From positions 4,711-68,710 of the IMG/VR virus record IMGVR_UViG_3300012931_000001: a stretch of DNA of 64,000 nt. One strand, given 5' to 3'. Below the pieces are notes generated by a model that ran no database searches, had not been told where the DNA came from, and saw only the letters and a list, made by a program, of their open reading frames with translations. This DNA comes from a virus. A program made the position numbers and the translations under genes. Shown piece after piece: positions 9,443 to 17,782 of the stretch (the stretch's first letter is position 1; every line of letters begins with the position of its first letter).

Positions 9443-10084
9443 TTACTCGCTAAACGCATCCTCGATGCTCCATTTAAGTTTATAGAGTCTACAGTATGTT
9501 CTTGGGTATTTTATACCAAGAAACTCCGTCCACTGTTTTAGCGTCTTTGTCTCTCCCCTGAACTCTATGTTTAAATTTCTTCTGGTATTATTTGCCTGAG
9601 CCTTCGTATCGACCCATCGGCAATTTTCTGGACAATAGCCTTTCGAGTTATCAATCCTGTCTATAGTTAAAGAGTCCGTGTACATATTCTCCATAGCCCA
9701 CTCATAAAATCGACTAAAACCATCGACTTCATTCCATTCATCGCAAACCGTTATACCTCTTCCTCCGTAGTTTTTATAAGCCTCTCCAATTTCGCGTTTA
9801 GCACGATCACGCATAGCCCTCCATATTCTATAAATCCTTTCATTGCTCTTCCCGTGTGTGGTTAACGAGTCTAATAATTTAGCCTTATGCACGCAACCGC
9901 AACTCGTAGTGTGTCCAGATGTAATATGATAACCTTGGCTGATTACTTCTTCTGACCCGCAGTCGCATCGGCAAAGCCAAAATGCTCGACCTCCGTCATC
10001 TCTGCCGAAGAATTTAATAACAGTTAGCATCCCAAATTTTTGCCCAGTCAAATCTCGCCTTAACCCTCTAACCGATCTTGCCAT
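9443..10084 (-). CDS. Free-standing HNH-type homing endonuclease (AP2-like N-terminal repeat)
   Basis: DLTGQKFGMLTVI, WLCRCDCG, SCGC, YGGRGITVCDEW, TIDRIDNSKGYCPENCRW. Confidence 0.8.
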   Translation of the reverse strand: MARSVRGLRRDLTGQKFGMLTVIKFFGRDDGGRAFWLCRCDCGSEEVISQGYHITSGHTTSCGCVHKAKLLDSLTTHGKSNERIYRIWRAMRDRAKREIGEAYKNYGGRGITVCDEWNEVDGFSRFYEWAMENMYTDSLTIDRIDNSKGYCPENCRWVDTKAQANNTRRNLNIEFRGETKTLKQWTEFLGIKYPRTYCRLYKLKWSIEDAFSE

Positions 10085-10101
10085 AGTTTTTTAATTTAAA
10101 T

Positions 10102-10186
10102 AAGCCTAACGGTTCAGGAGTAGCGGTCCATCCCCGTAGGCTTAAAATACTATTTTTTTTTATATACGTCCCGCTACGGCATATAT
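10102..10186 (-). promoter_or_regulatory. Two-hairpin leader with complementary loops upstream of HNH gene 1
   Basis: Loop GTAGCGG of hairpin 1 is complementary to loop CCGCTAC of hairpin 2. Confidence 0.5.
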
Positions 10187-10201
10187 TTTTTTTGTTTTGA
10201 T

Positions 10202-10233
10202 AAAACCGCCCCCGCTTCACAGAGGGGACGGCT
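10202..10233 (-). terminator. Terminator closing the tRNA/ncRNA transcript
   Basis: AGCCGTCCCC-TCTGTGAAGC-GGGGGCGGT followed by TTT. Confidence 0.6.
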
Positions 10234-10310
10234 GTTTACGTTAACCTAAAACAAAATATATCGACACTGAGCAGTTCTGATGGTATGCGTTCGTGTACTG
10301 TTTTAAATTT

Positions 10311-10442
10311 AAGCCGCCACTAAGGACTTACCGTTCTTTTTACGCCTCAATCGGAGAACCAATTTTCGTCACCAACTTGTGATGCCGTCCGATAATCTTG
10401 TTCGCAAATACACTTAAATAAATCCGTCAAACATGGCGGCTT
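10311..10442 (-). ncRNA. Putative structured ncRNA
   Basis: 9-bp closing stem AAGCCGCCA/TGGCGGCTT, inner stems ATCGGA/TCCGAT and TCAC/GTGA; no ORF; lies inside the tRNA operon. Confidence 0.35.
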
Positions 10443-10460
10443 CTCGCCTTTGATGAGTTG

Positions 10461-10533
10461 TGGAGCGAAAGGGATTCAAACCCTTGACCTCCTGCTTGCA
10501 AAACAGGCGCTCTATCGGCTGAGCTACCACCCC
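10461..10533 (-). tRNA. tRNA-Ala(UGC), no encoded CCA
   Basis: Cloverleaf with G3:U70, anticodon arm CCTGT-TTTGCAA-GCAGG; T-loop variant TTTGAAT. Confidence 0.85.
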
Positions 10534-10616
10534 AATGAGCCGGTATAAATACATTCAGTCAAATTCCCGGCAGCCACCATCTTCTTTAGTGGTCTTTTGC
10601 TTTTAAATAAAGGTTG

Positions 10617-10691
10617 TGGAGAATAAAGGGTTCGAACCTCCAACCTCATTGCCATCAAGACAATACGCTCTACCAACTGAGCTAATTCCCC
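10617..10691 (-). tRNA. Atypical tRNA: Ala acceptor identity, 9-nt anticodon loop centred on UGA
   Basis: GGGGAAT/ATTCTCC-A with G3:U70; normal D and T arms; anticodon arm TATTG-TCTTGATGG-CAATG. Confidence 0.7.
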
Positions 10692-10785
10692 TGTTTGCCG
10701 TCTTTCCGAACTGTCATACATGAGCCGCGATTTTACTCGTCCTCGTTCCTAACCTCTGTAAGCGAGCTGATTCGAACAGCATTCG

Positions 10786-10859
10786 TGGGCGCATACGGAA
10801 TCGAACCGCAAACCTTGACTGTATAAGAGTCCTGCTCTAACCTATTGAGCTATATGCCC
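10786..10859 (-). tRNA. tRNA-Ile(UAU), no encoded CCA
   Basis: Cloverleaf; anticodon loop CT-TAT-AC; T-loop TTCGATT; one A-C mismatch in the acceptor stem. Confidence 0.85.
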
Positions 10860-11016
10860 GTTTTTCAAAAAGAAGTGTAGGCGTGTGGCGACGCCTCGTT
10901 TTTAACTTGCCAATAGCCCTGTACGTTTATCACCCGGCTCTTGGACTTGCCTGCATCTTCTGAAACGTCTGAAGGCACCATTTCAATTACCGACAAGCTC
11001 ACTCCTTTAAGAATTA

Positions 11017-11048
11017 CAAAGATACGGCGCGTTTTTGAATTATCCAAA
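11017..11048 (-). promoter_or_regulatory. Consensus Bacteroidota promoter for the tRNA cluster
   Basis: TTTG-N20-TATCTTTG on minus. Confidence 0.8.
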
Positions 11049-11065
11049 CATTTTGGAGAAAAAGT

Positions 11066-11462
11066 TTAGAGTTTTTGTTCAATTATTTTATGCAGCCACA
11101 TTCTCTGCTCGATCCTATCTAACTTAAACCCGAGATCCGAGAGTCCGCGAGTATAAACATCGCGGCGCCTTCCGTCGTCCCATGATATGCTGGATTTTCC
11201 CCTTGCCGTCATTACCGTCAAGGAAATGTTTCACGCAGGATTTTGCCCATAATAAGGATTTTATTCCATCCTTTCCGGTCTGCTTCATGTATGAGTACCC
11301 ATTCTTGCGCTTGTTTACCCATAGAACTATCGTCCAATATATCAGATTGCTATATTCTTCGGGAGTTATGATGAGGCGCATGATCTGTCCGCAGGAGTTT
11401 TTGCTTTTATAGGTCAAAATTCCGGCAGGACTGACTTCTACGGATATTTCGTAGGCTTCCAT
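11066..11462 (-). pseudogene. Hypothetical protein apparently split by a +1 frameshift near 11190-11200
   Basis: Frame 0 gives an odd tail. The +1 frame continues SISWDDGRRRDVYTRGLSDLGFKLDRIEQRMWLHKIIEQKL*, which would give about 131 aa. Confidence 0.45.
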
Positions 11463-11463
11463 T

Positions 11464-12885
11464 TTATTTAGTAAATTCTACCTCAATCTTATTCTTCCTT
11501 ATCTTATGCGGAACCCTGACGTATGTTTGCCGTTCATCAAACCGCAGATAGTAATCGATCATTTCGTCAATTTCCTGCTTCGGAAAGAAGTCGCGCGAGG
11601 ACCAGTTGTTTATCTTCTTGCGAATGTCTGACCGAATCCAACTCCAATGATGCATCGTGACAAACTCTTTTGAGAATGTCATAGTGAAGTCGGTATCCAT
11701 TCTCCGGGTCGGGTCAGACGGGTGTTTAAACGGGATGTCATATTTGAACCGCTGCGAAGTGGATACAAGCAAAGGGACGACCCTTGGGATGCTAAAACAG
11801 TCGTCCAGTAGTTTGCAATTCTTGAACTTGTAGTAATTTTCGTAATAACAGTAAACGGCCTGCGGAAGCCATTCCCGTACCACAGCCTTGGCCCTGGAAA
11901 ATTGGTCAGCCTTGTAGAATTCGTCAGAGTCGCAAATAAGCGCATAGCCGATCCCGCGCGATTGGAAGTATGCAAGTCCTTGGTTACGCCTGACCGTTTC
12001 CTGCTCACGAACAGGCAGGTGTGCCATATACGGGAAAGCTACCTCGGCGTCCACCAGTCCTTCCGCAAGTAGCGCCTGTATCTCGGCTTTGTCTAATGGG
12101 CCAATGGGTTCGCCAAGGTAGCTTGTTTCTGAAGTGAGTAATGCAATCTCATCAACATGCGGGCGAAGCTCTGCGATAATCGTCCGCAGATGCTCCGTGC
12201 CCTCGTAAGTAATAATGCCCATTCCGACTTTTATCTTTTCATCCCAATCAGGTAGCGTTGCAGCCCACGCTCGCATCTGCAGGTTTGCTTCATTATTTGA
12301 AAACCCAGACTCTTTCGGATGAAAAACCCACACAGCATCATCAACGATATTTTTCAGTCCACGATCTCTTGCTCGTTTACATAGATACTTATCCGTGCCC
12401 CATCCTATCCGATTAAGTTCAAGCGGAACCGAGAACCCCAGGGTTGTCCTAAACATCTGGAACCACCCCTCAAAATAAGGTACTTCCCTGAAGTTCCCGG
12501 TATTTCTGCAATAACCATAAGAATGAGATCGCCCTGAACTATGGCATGATGGCTGATAATTTCCAATACTCGGATTTATCGCCACGGCTTTCATGCGCTC
12601 AATCAAAAAGGCTGCTGCTTGGTCCGTAATCTGTACATCTGAAGTGATGATGCAGCACCATTCATAAGGCCCTGCTTTCGCCTTTTTTACAGCCTCGTTC
12701 CACATTCCCCCGTAATAGATATTTTCAAAATGAATTGCCACTGGGCATGGCGGCTCGGAGCCTGAATCAAAAATGTACGTTCGGAAGTACGGCTCAAAAA
12801 TAGACCTTAATCGCTGCGCGTTTTCGTTGTGGTTGTAGTTGAAAATGGTGACGACAATTCTTTTGGGTGATTGCTGGTGGTTCAT
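11464..12885 (-). CDS. Two-domain GT-A (GT2-like) glycosyltransferase
   Basis: Likely start MNHQQ at 12885. Domain 1: IFDSGS, ITSDV, GWGTD, VFHP. Domain 2: MGIITYE, ETVRRNQG, CDSDEF, MHHWSWIR. No TM helix seen. Confidence 0.75.
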   Translation of the reverse strand: MNHQQSPKRIVVTIFNYNHNENAQRLRSIFEPYFRTYIFDSGSEPPCPVAIHFENIYYGGMWNEAVKKAKAGPYEWCCIITSDVQITDQAAAFLIERMKAVAINPSIGNYQPSCHSSGRSHSYGYCRNTGNFREVPYFEGWFQMFRTTLGFSVPLELNRIGWGTDKYLCKRARDRGLKNIVDDAVWVFHPKESGFSNNEANLQMRAWAATLPDWDEKIKVGMGIITYEGTEHLRTIIAELRPHVDEIALLTSETSYLGEPIGPLDKAEIQALLAEGLVDAEVAFPYMAHLPVREQETVRRNQGLAYFQSRGIGYALICDSDEFYKADQFSRAKAVVREWLPQAVYCYYENYYKFKNCKLLDDCFSIPRVVPLLVSTSQRFKYDIPFKHPSDPTRRMDTDFTMTFSKEFVTMHHWSWIRSDIRKKINNWSSRDFFPKQEIDEMIDYYLRFDERQTYVRVPHKIRKNKIEVEFTK

Positions 12886-12895
12886 AAAATATATT

Positions 12896-13159
12896 TTAGT
12901 GCTGCATATTAATGGGCTTTCCATCGGTTGATGCAACGGTGTATCTTTGGTCAACCGGAGGCCAATGAGTTGTAATCTGATTGTATGTCGGATAACCATC
13001 AGGCCAAGTGTTTGGCTTATTTTGCGCAATAGCTATTAGTCCAAAAAATTTTTCCAGCTCAATGTGCATCCTGACGATTTCTTTTTTCGTCAGCTTCATA
13101 TACATGGAGAATTTTTCTTCGTCGGTCATTTCGACAACTCGACTGTAATTTATGTTCAT
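12896..13159 (-). CDS. Hypothetical protein
   Basis: 87-aa ORF co-oriented and tightly packed. Confidence 0.55.
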   Translation of the reverse strand: MNINYSRVVEMTDEEKFSMYMKLTKKEIVRMHIELEKFFGLIAIAQNKPNTWPDGYPTYNQITTHWPPVDQRYTVASTDGKPINMQH

Positions 13160-13162
13160 ATT

Positions 13163-13456
13163 TTATTCTACAAAGTGTTGAGTAATATCATATTGAGGTT
13201 TATCTGATTCAAAATAATCATCTTTAATTATATGCTCGGCTACCCAGTTATTCACTATACCATCCCCTTTTTGGATCGCATCAGCCTTTTCCTCAAATAC
13301 GCCTTCGATGGTAGAATCGCAATCGTATCCTAGGCACACAGATAAAACAAATACACACCGGTGTGATCCAATTGTTATTATGGGAACCCCTTTTGTTATT
13401 CCAGAGGGTTTGTTTAATTGCTGCGTCAGCATTACATGTCTATGTTTTTTTTGCAA
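13163..13456 (-). CDS. Hypothetical protein (start uncertain)
   Basis: Co-oriented ORF; C-terminal half looks like a small phage protein. Confidence 0.45.
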   Translation of the reverse strand: MQKKHRHVMLTQQLNKPSGITKGVPIITIGSHRCVFVLSVCLGYDCDSTIEGVFEEKADAIQKGDGIVNNWVAEHIIKDDYFESDKPQYDITQHFVE

Positions 13457-13497
13457 AGTAAATAAATTAATCTTACATATTCAAATATACTAATGCA

Positions 13498-13845
13498 TTA
13501 TGGATAATCTAAACATACGACTCGTTTTTTGTATAATCCAAAATTAATAGGTTTTGTTTCGCCCCCTCTTACATCTTTTAAGTATTCTAATTCTTCGCTT
13601 GTTGCATCCCTATCCAATGGCTCGCAATATTTTTGAATTTGTATTAATCCAAATAAAGAACAAAATAACGAAGGTGCTACTTTGTTTAAAAATTCAGGCA
13701 TATTTTTAAACATTTTACAGTAATTCCGTTCAGACCAATTTGAATAACAACCATTTAAAAAATTCAAATGGTTACAAGTGAAGTTTGGTATCTTAATCGC
13801 GTATATTTTAAGCCTAAATACTATTCTTGTTGCCCCTTTTTTCAT
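13498..13845 (-). CDS. Minimal protein-kinase-like fold protein
   Basis: KKGATRIV (Gly loop), YAIKIP (VAIK Lys), GETKPINFG (catalytic loop-like), VVCLDY (DFG-like); AT-rich. Confidence 0.5.
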   Translation of the reverse strand: MKKGATRIVFRLKIYAIKIPNFTCNHLNFLNGCYSNWSERNYCKMFKNMPEFLNKVAPSLFCSLFGLIQIQKYCEPLDRDATSEELEYLKDVRGGETKPINFGLYKKRVVCLDYP

Positions 13846-13922
13846 ATATAGTTACAATTTTATTTCTACTTGTAGTCTGTAAACCTAAATCCTTTCCTCT
13901 TTAGTTCCTATAGATTCTTGGA

Positions 13923-15482
13923 TTATTTAGCTTGATTGTTCGCTCCCTCCCCAGAATCTCCAGCCTCCTCCACGACAGTTGGATCGCTGGCCGCTGTCCG
14001 TTTAGCCTCAGCGTCTTTTACGGCTTCTTCTTTTGCGGCGGCCTCCTCGGCCTCTTTTCTCAGTCGCTCAATCTCCATCGGATTATTAAACGGGATTTCT
14101 CCGGCGCCGGTTTCGACCGAAGTCAGTCCGGCGTTTTTGGACATACAGATGTTCGTAATTTCCTCCGTGATATTTTTCGGCACATACGGTTCAAGCAGGT
14201 ATGTCATCTTTATTTTATTGAACTCGGAATCATTCTCGATTTTCGCAACCAATTCCTTGAATATCGAAATTAGGCGCATGAATGCTGGTCGCAATTCGGC
14301 AATCATGTTAGTACTCCATTGAACTTCGCGCCAGTATAGGTTGCGAATAAACGCGCCTGTGTTCTCCCCGGCTTTCAGTTCCTTTGGCTCGATAACCACG
14401 ATACCCAACGTCTCCCAGAGCAGGTCGAGGTTTTTTTCCAAGTCTACGGTAAATGTATTGCTCGCGTCGGCAGGTTGCAGTATCTCAGCCTTTGCGTCGG
14501 TGGATTTTGCGGCGATGGTCTTCCCCATCTGCCCGACAGGCGGCAGGTTTAGAACTCCACCTGCGACGAAAAGAATCTGGTATGCAAAATACTTGTTGTT
14601 TTCGCCGAGGTCGGAGAGTATGCGTTCGACCCGTTCGATGCCGTCTTGACCCGGTCCCCAAACGACATCCGGTATCCGCCAGTACATGACGGGGCATTGC
14701 GTTCCTCCGTGCGCTACATGACTTGTGTGCGTGAATCCATCCTCGGATTCGTCAAGGTTCTTTCCTTTCAGTATTTTAACGGCCTTATCCACGAATTTCT
14801 GGAACTTTCCGGAAAAATCCTTCTGTATCCAAACGTCAATATATGTCGGCCCGTAAATTTCGACCGTCGTGACTCCTGCGACTTTCAACATCCGGACAAA
14901 GACGTCTTTTCCATCCTCGTCCTTGGTCATGCAAAATACGTCGCCTTTTTCGTAGGAGAACACCTTGTATTGTACCACTCCGTTTTCGGCTGACAAGTAG
15001 ATGGCTGCGTCGGCTGTCCCGAACAGAGCGCGCCCCCATGAGTTCAGCGCGTCGGTCATCCCTGCCATAGACCAATGACTCCTCAGCAACGATACGCGAT
15101 CGTCATTTTTCGGCTCCTTGCCCTCCGGCCCGAACCACATCTCGTTTCCGAACGTGTGCGTGACCTTGTGACGCAGGACGCCTTCCTGAAATCCGACGGC
15201 GACTCGCTCCACGTCATCCCATCCGTCAGCGACGTTCACTTGGGAGGCGGCGTCGTAACGGAACTTCTGCCGCATGGATCGGTAAGTGCAACTGTTGATT
15301 TTGTGGGCGGTAGGGATGAGTTCGTTCAGGAAATCCGATTGCTTGAGCTTATAGACGGTTCCGTTGTCGAAAACCATCTCCTCCGTATCAAGGGAGGAGC
15401 CTGCTTCCACCCTTGGGATGACGGTTCCCGGGGCGCGGCGCGTCCATACAGGTTTTTGCAGATAATCCCTGATTTTTGTCAT
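13923..15482 (-). CDS. Portal protein (SPP1 gp6-like)
   Basis: About 519 aa from MTKIRDY; VAVGFQEGVLRHKVTHTFGN, WGPGQDGIE, PYVPKNITEE, LTSVETG; acidic coiled C-terminus. Confidence 0.85.
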   Translation of the reverse strand: MTKIRDYLQKPVWTRRAPGTVIPRVEAGSSLDTEEMVFDNGTVYKLKQSDFLNELIPTAHKINSCTYRSMRQKFRYDAASQVNVADGWDDVERVAVGFQEGVLRHKVTHTFGNEMWFGPEGKEPKNDDRVSLLRSHWSMAGMTDALNSWGRALFGTADAAIYLSAENGVVQYKVFSYEKGDVFCMTKDEDGKDVFVRMLKVAGVTTVEIYGPTYIDVWIQKDFSGKFQKFVDKAVKILKGKNLDESEDGFTHTSHVAHGGTQCPVMYWRIPDVVWGPGQDGIERVERILSDLGENNKYFAYQILFVAGGVLNLPPVGQMGKTIAAKSTDAKAEILQPADASNTFTVDLEKNLDLLWETLGIVVIEPKELKAGENTGAFIRNLYWREVQWSTNMIAELRPAFMRLISIFKELVAKIENDSEFNKIKMTYLLEPYVPKNITEEITNICMSKNAGLTSVETGAGEIPFNNPMEIERLRKEAEEAAAKEEAVKDAEAKRTAASDPTVVEEAGDSGEGANNQAK

Positions 15483-15501
15483 ATCGGAGGTGAAATTATG
15501 G

Positions 15502-15582
15502 CAAATATAATCGTAAAAAATAACAAATGCAAAAAATAAATGGGAAAATGTTTGGATATACAAGTGTTAAGTGTTACATTTG
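15502..15582. promoter_or_regulatory. Back-to-back consensus promoters (portal on minus; early/middle operon on plus)
   Basis: Minus: TTTG-N20-TATATTTG (15533-15502). Plus: TTTG-N20-TACATTTG (15551-15582). Confidence 0.8.
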
Positions 15583-15616
15583 TGGTGTTGAATTTATAAA
15601 CTTAATACTTTGATTT

Positions 15617-16586
15617 ATGGAAAAAGAAAAAGGTGAAAAAATGGTCACAATTACGCTGAGTGAATACGAGCAGCTAAAAAAGTATGCGGAAAAATTTAAA
15701 AATGCGGATGTTATAATGGAGCCGGCTTACTTCGAAGGGTGCGGAATAAAACTTGTTAATGTCAACATTTGCATTGCTGACGAGGGGCCATCCTTTATGA
15801 GGGCAAAAGATCTATTTGAGATAATGAAATCTCAGACAAACTTGCAAGCATCCGAACTTAAGAGTAAAGATGTGGAAATAAACAACCTACGATCCGAGAA
15901 CCGAAATATCCAATCCATGTCATGGTTCGATTTCAAGGTTTACAAACACAATAAAAAATTCAAATAATGCTACCGGATGCATATCCAATTACATGTTACC
16001 GAGGGCAATTTGATCCGAATATTAAGGATTATTCAGGGTCGGAAGAAAGAGTGGATATTATCTCAACAGGGCACGGGGATGACTTTTCCCTTTATTCCGC
16101 ATTAAAAACGGCTGGAATCATCCCTATAAATACAGACCCAAGGGTGGATAACACATACTGGGGTAGAATTAAAATATTAAATGAAAATGTAGCTACTAAA
16201 ATTTTAATAAAAAAATAATTATGAAAACAAACAAATCTTTAAGGTATTTAGGTTCGGCTATACTTGTTATATCACTTGTCTCTGCGTGGTGCTTCTATGA
16301 CTGGAAACTTGCTATAATACTTTTCCTTGCTTTAGCCGGAAATAACTTAGAACAAAACCACTAAGCCAAAAATAAAAGAATGAATAAACCAACCATCGAT
16401 CAATTATTCGTCGATAAGGAGAACGCAAAAATGCAGATAGGTGAAATTTTGTCAATCCTTGGAGCGAAATATCCAGGATTCAGAATTGAGTGTACGAGTT
16501 ATACAGAAGAATATTACTCTGAAGGCGGACAAACAATTGCCGTAGCCTATGTGGTTGACATAAAAATGGAATCTAAAGATAAATAA
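15617..16586 (+). other. Four small hypothetical genes (15617-15967, 15967-16218, 16221-16364 with 2 TM, 16380-16586)
   Basis: Abutting co-oriented ORFs after the plus promoter. Confidence 0.6.
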
Positions 16587-16805
16587 TAATTGAATAGTAT
16601 GGACGGAAACAAGTGCGAAAATTGCGGATGCGGAGAATACAAGGAGGTCTCAGAAACCTATTTCGAAGTTATCAATCCAAATGGAGAATTCGTAAAAGGA
16701 TACTGCGGGGTCGTTAGCGTTCAAAAAAACAAGAACTATTATGCGGTGCCCAATGTGTGGGCACGTTAAAGGACAGAAAATTATATCACTTTAAAATCAA
16801 GTAGA

Positions 16806-17330
16806 ATGAAAAGCAAATGGATTGAATTTATCGAATGGGCAATACCGAATGCGGAAGAAAGAGAAGCGTTCCGAGTATATGTAAAAAATGCGGTTACAGG
16901 GGTGAAAAACGAGAAGGCGCTAATACTGCTTGGGTCTGGCATGAATGGGAAAAGCGTGCTGGCGCGTATTCTTTGCTCTGTAATTAGTGACACCAAGACT
17001 TATGACCCATGTTTCTGCGAGGATTCAGACAATTTTGAAGACATTAGTAAAAATAAACTTATTTTTATTGACGGATATGATGGGCATTCATACTGCGGAT
17101 TATTACAAAATATGATTAACGGAAGTCCTGTGATGTGCAGAATGGATGATGGAGTCTATAATACCACCTGGCCCGATGTGATAGTTGTCGCAAATAGTAT
17201 AAAGTCCGAGGGTCTACTCCGCCGGTGTTCCGTCACCAATATGCCAAATGTCCCAGAAGCCCCCAATCCAAATTTGGTTGCCGAATTAATGGAATGCGCA
17301 GACGAAATAAGAGACTATTTTCTCAACTAA
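16806..17330 (+). CDS. Stand-alone SF3 (D5/P4-type) AAA+ ATPase domain
   Basis: Walker A GSGMNGKS, Walker B FIDG, sensor VVAN, LLRR Arg finger; aligns by eye to the helicase at 31148-32605. Confidence 0.65.
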   Translation: MKSKWIEFIEWAIPNAEEREAFRVYVKNAVTGVKNEKALILLGSGMNGKSVLARILCSVISDTKTYDPCFCEDSDNFEDISKNKLIFIDGYDGHSYCGLLQNMINGSPVMCRMDDGVYNTTWPDVIVVANSIKSEGLLRRCSVTNMPNVPEAPNPNLVAELMECADEIRDYFLN

Positions 17331-17341
17331 AATAAAAAACT

Positions 17342-17782
17342 ATGTCATTATTTAAAAAGAAAAACGAAGTAACGCTCGACCTGAAACTCGGTAAAGAGGT
17401 CGTCTATCGCGTGACGATCACCAAAACCTACGTGCAGATCGAATCCGCATCGAAAGACTGGCAGGTACAGTATTCTCTCGCCACAATGGAGGCGGGTCTG
17501 GTCAATTCGTTCATAGTAAACGCAGATTTATCAGGATTAACAGCGTGGGTGCGTATCCAATCAATGATGCGCGTAGAGGTTCGGTACTTAACTTTGTCGG
17601 AATATCGTGTTAAGCGATTCATTGAGCTGTTCCCAAAAAAATGTGCGGAAATCGAAGCTGCGGTTAAGTCCGGACAAAAGAAACAATCCGATGCCGAGAT
17701 TTTGGCCGAGGAAAAAGTGCTGTCGGAAAAGACAGCGGAAAGCATAAAAGAATTGGAAACGATTAAAAAGAAGAAGAAATGA
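17342..17782 (+). CDS. Hypothetical protein
   Basis: 146-aa ORF, charged C-terminus. Confidence 0.6.
   Translation: MSLFKKKNEVTLDLKLGKEVVYRVTITKTYVQIESASKDWQVQYSLATMEAGLVNSFIVNADLSGLTAWVRIQSMMRVEVRYLTLSEYRVKRFIELFPKKCAEIEAAVKSGQKKQSDAEILAEEKVLSEKTAESIKELETIKKKKK

Noticed and set aside
10617-10691. tmRNA or permuted tmRNA
   Set aside because: Alanine identity is present, but there is a full D arm and closed cloverleaf, and no tag reading frame or pseudoknot domain.
10440-10790. tRNA-associated theta (HDV-like) ribozymes
   Set aside because: Could not build a nested double pseudoknot from any tRNA 3' trailer.
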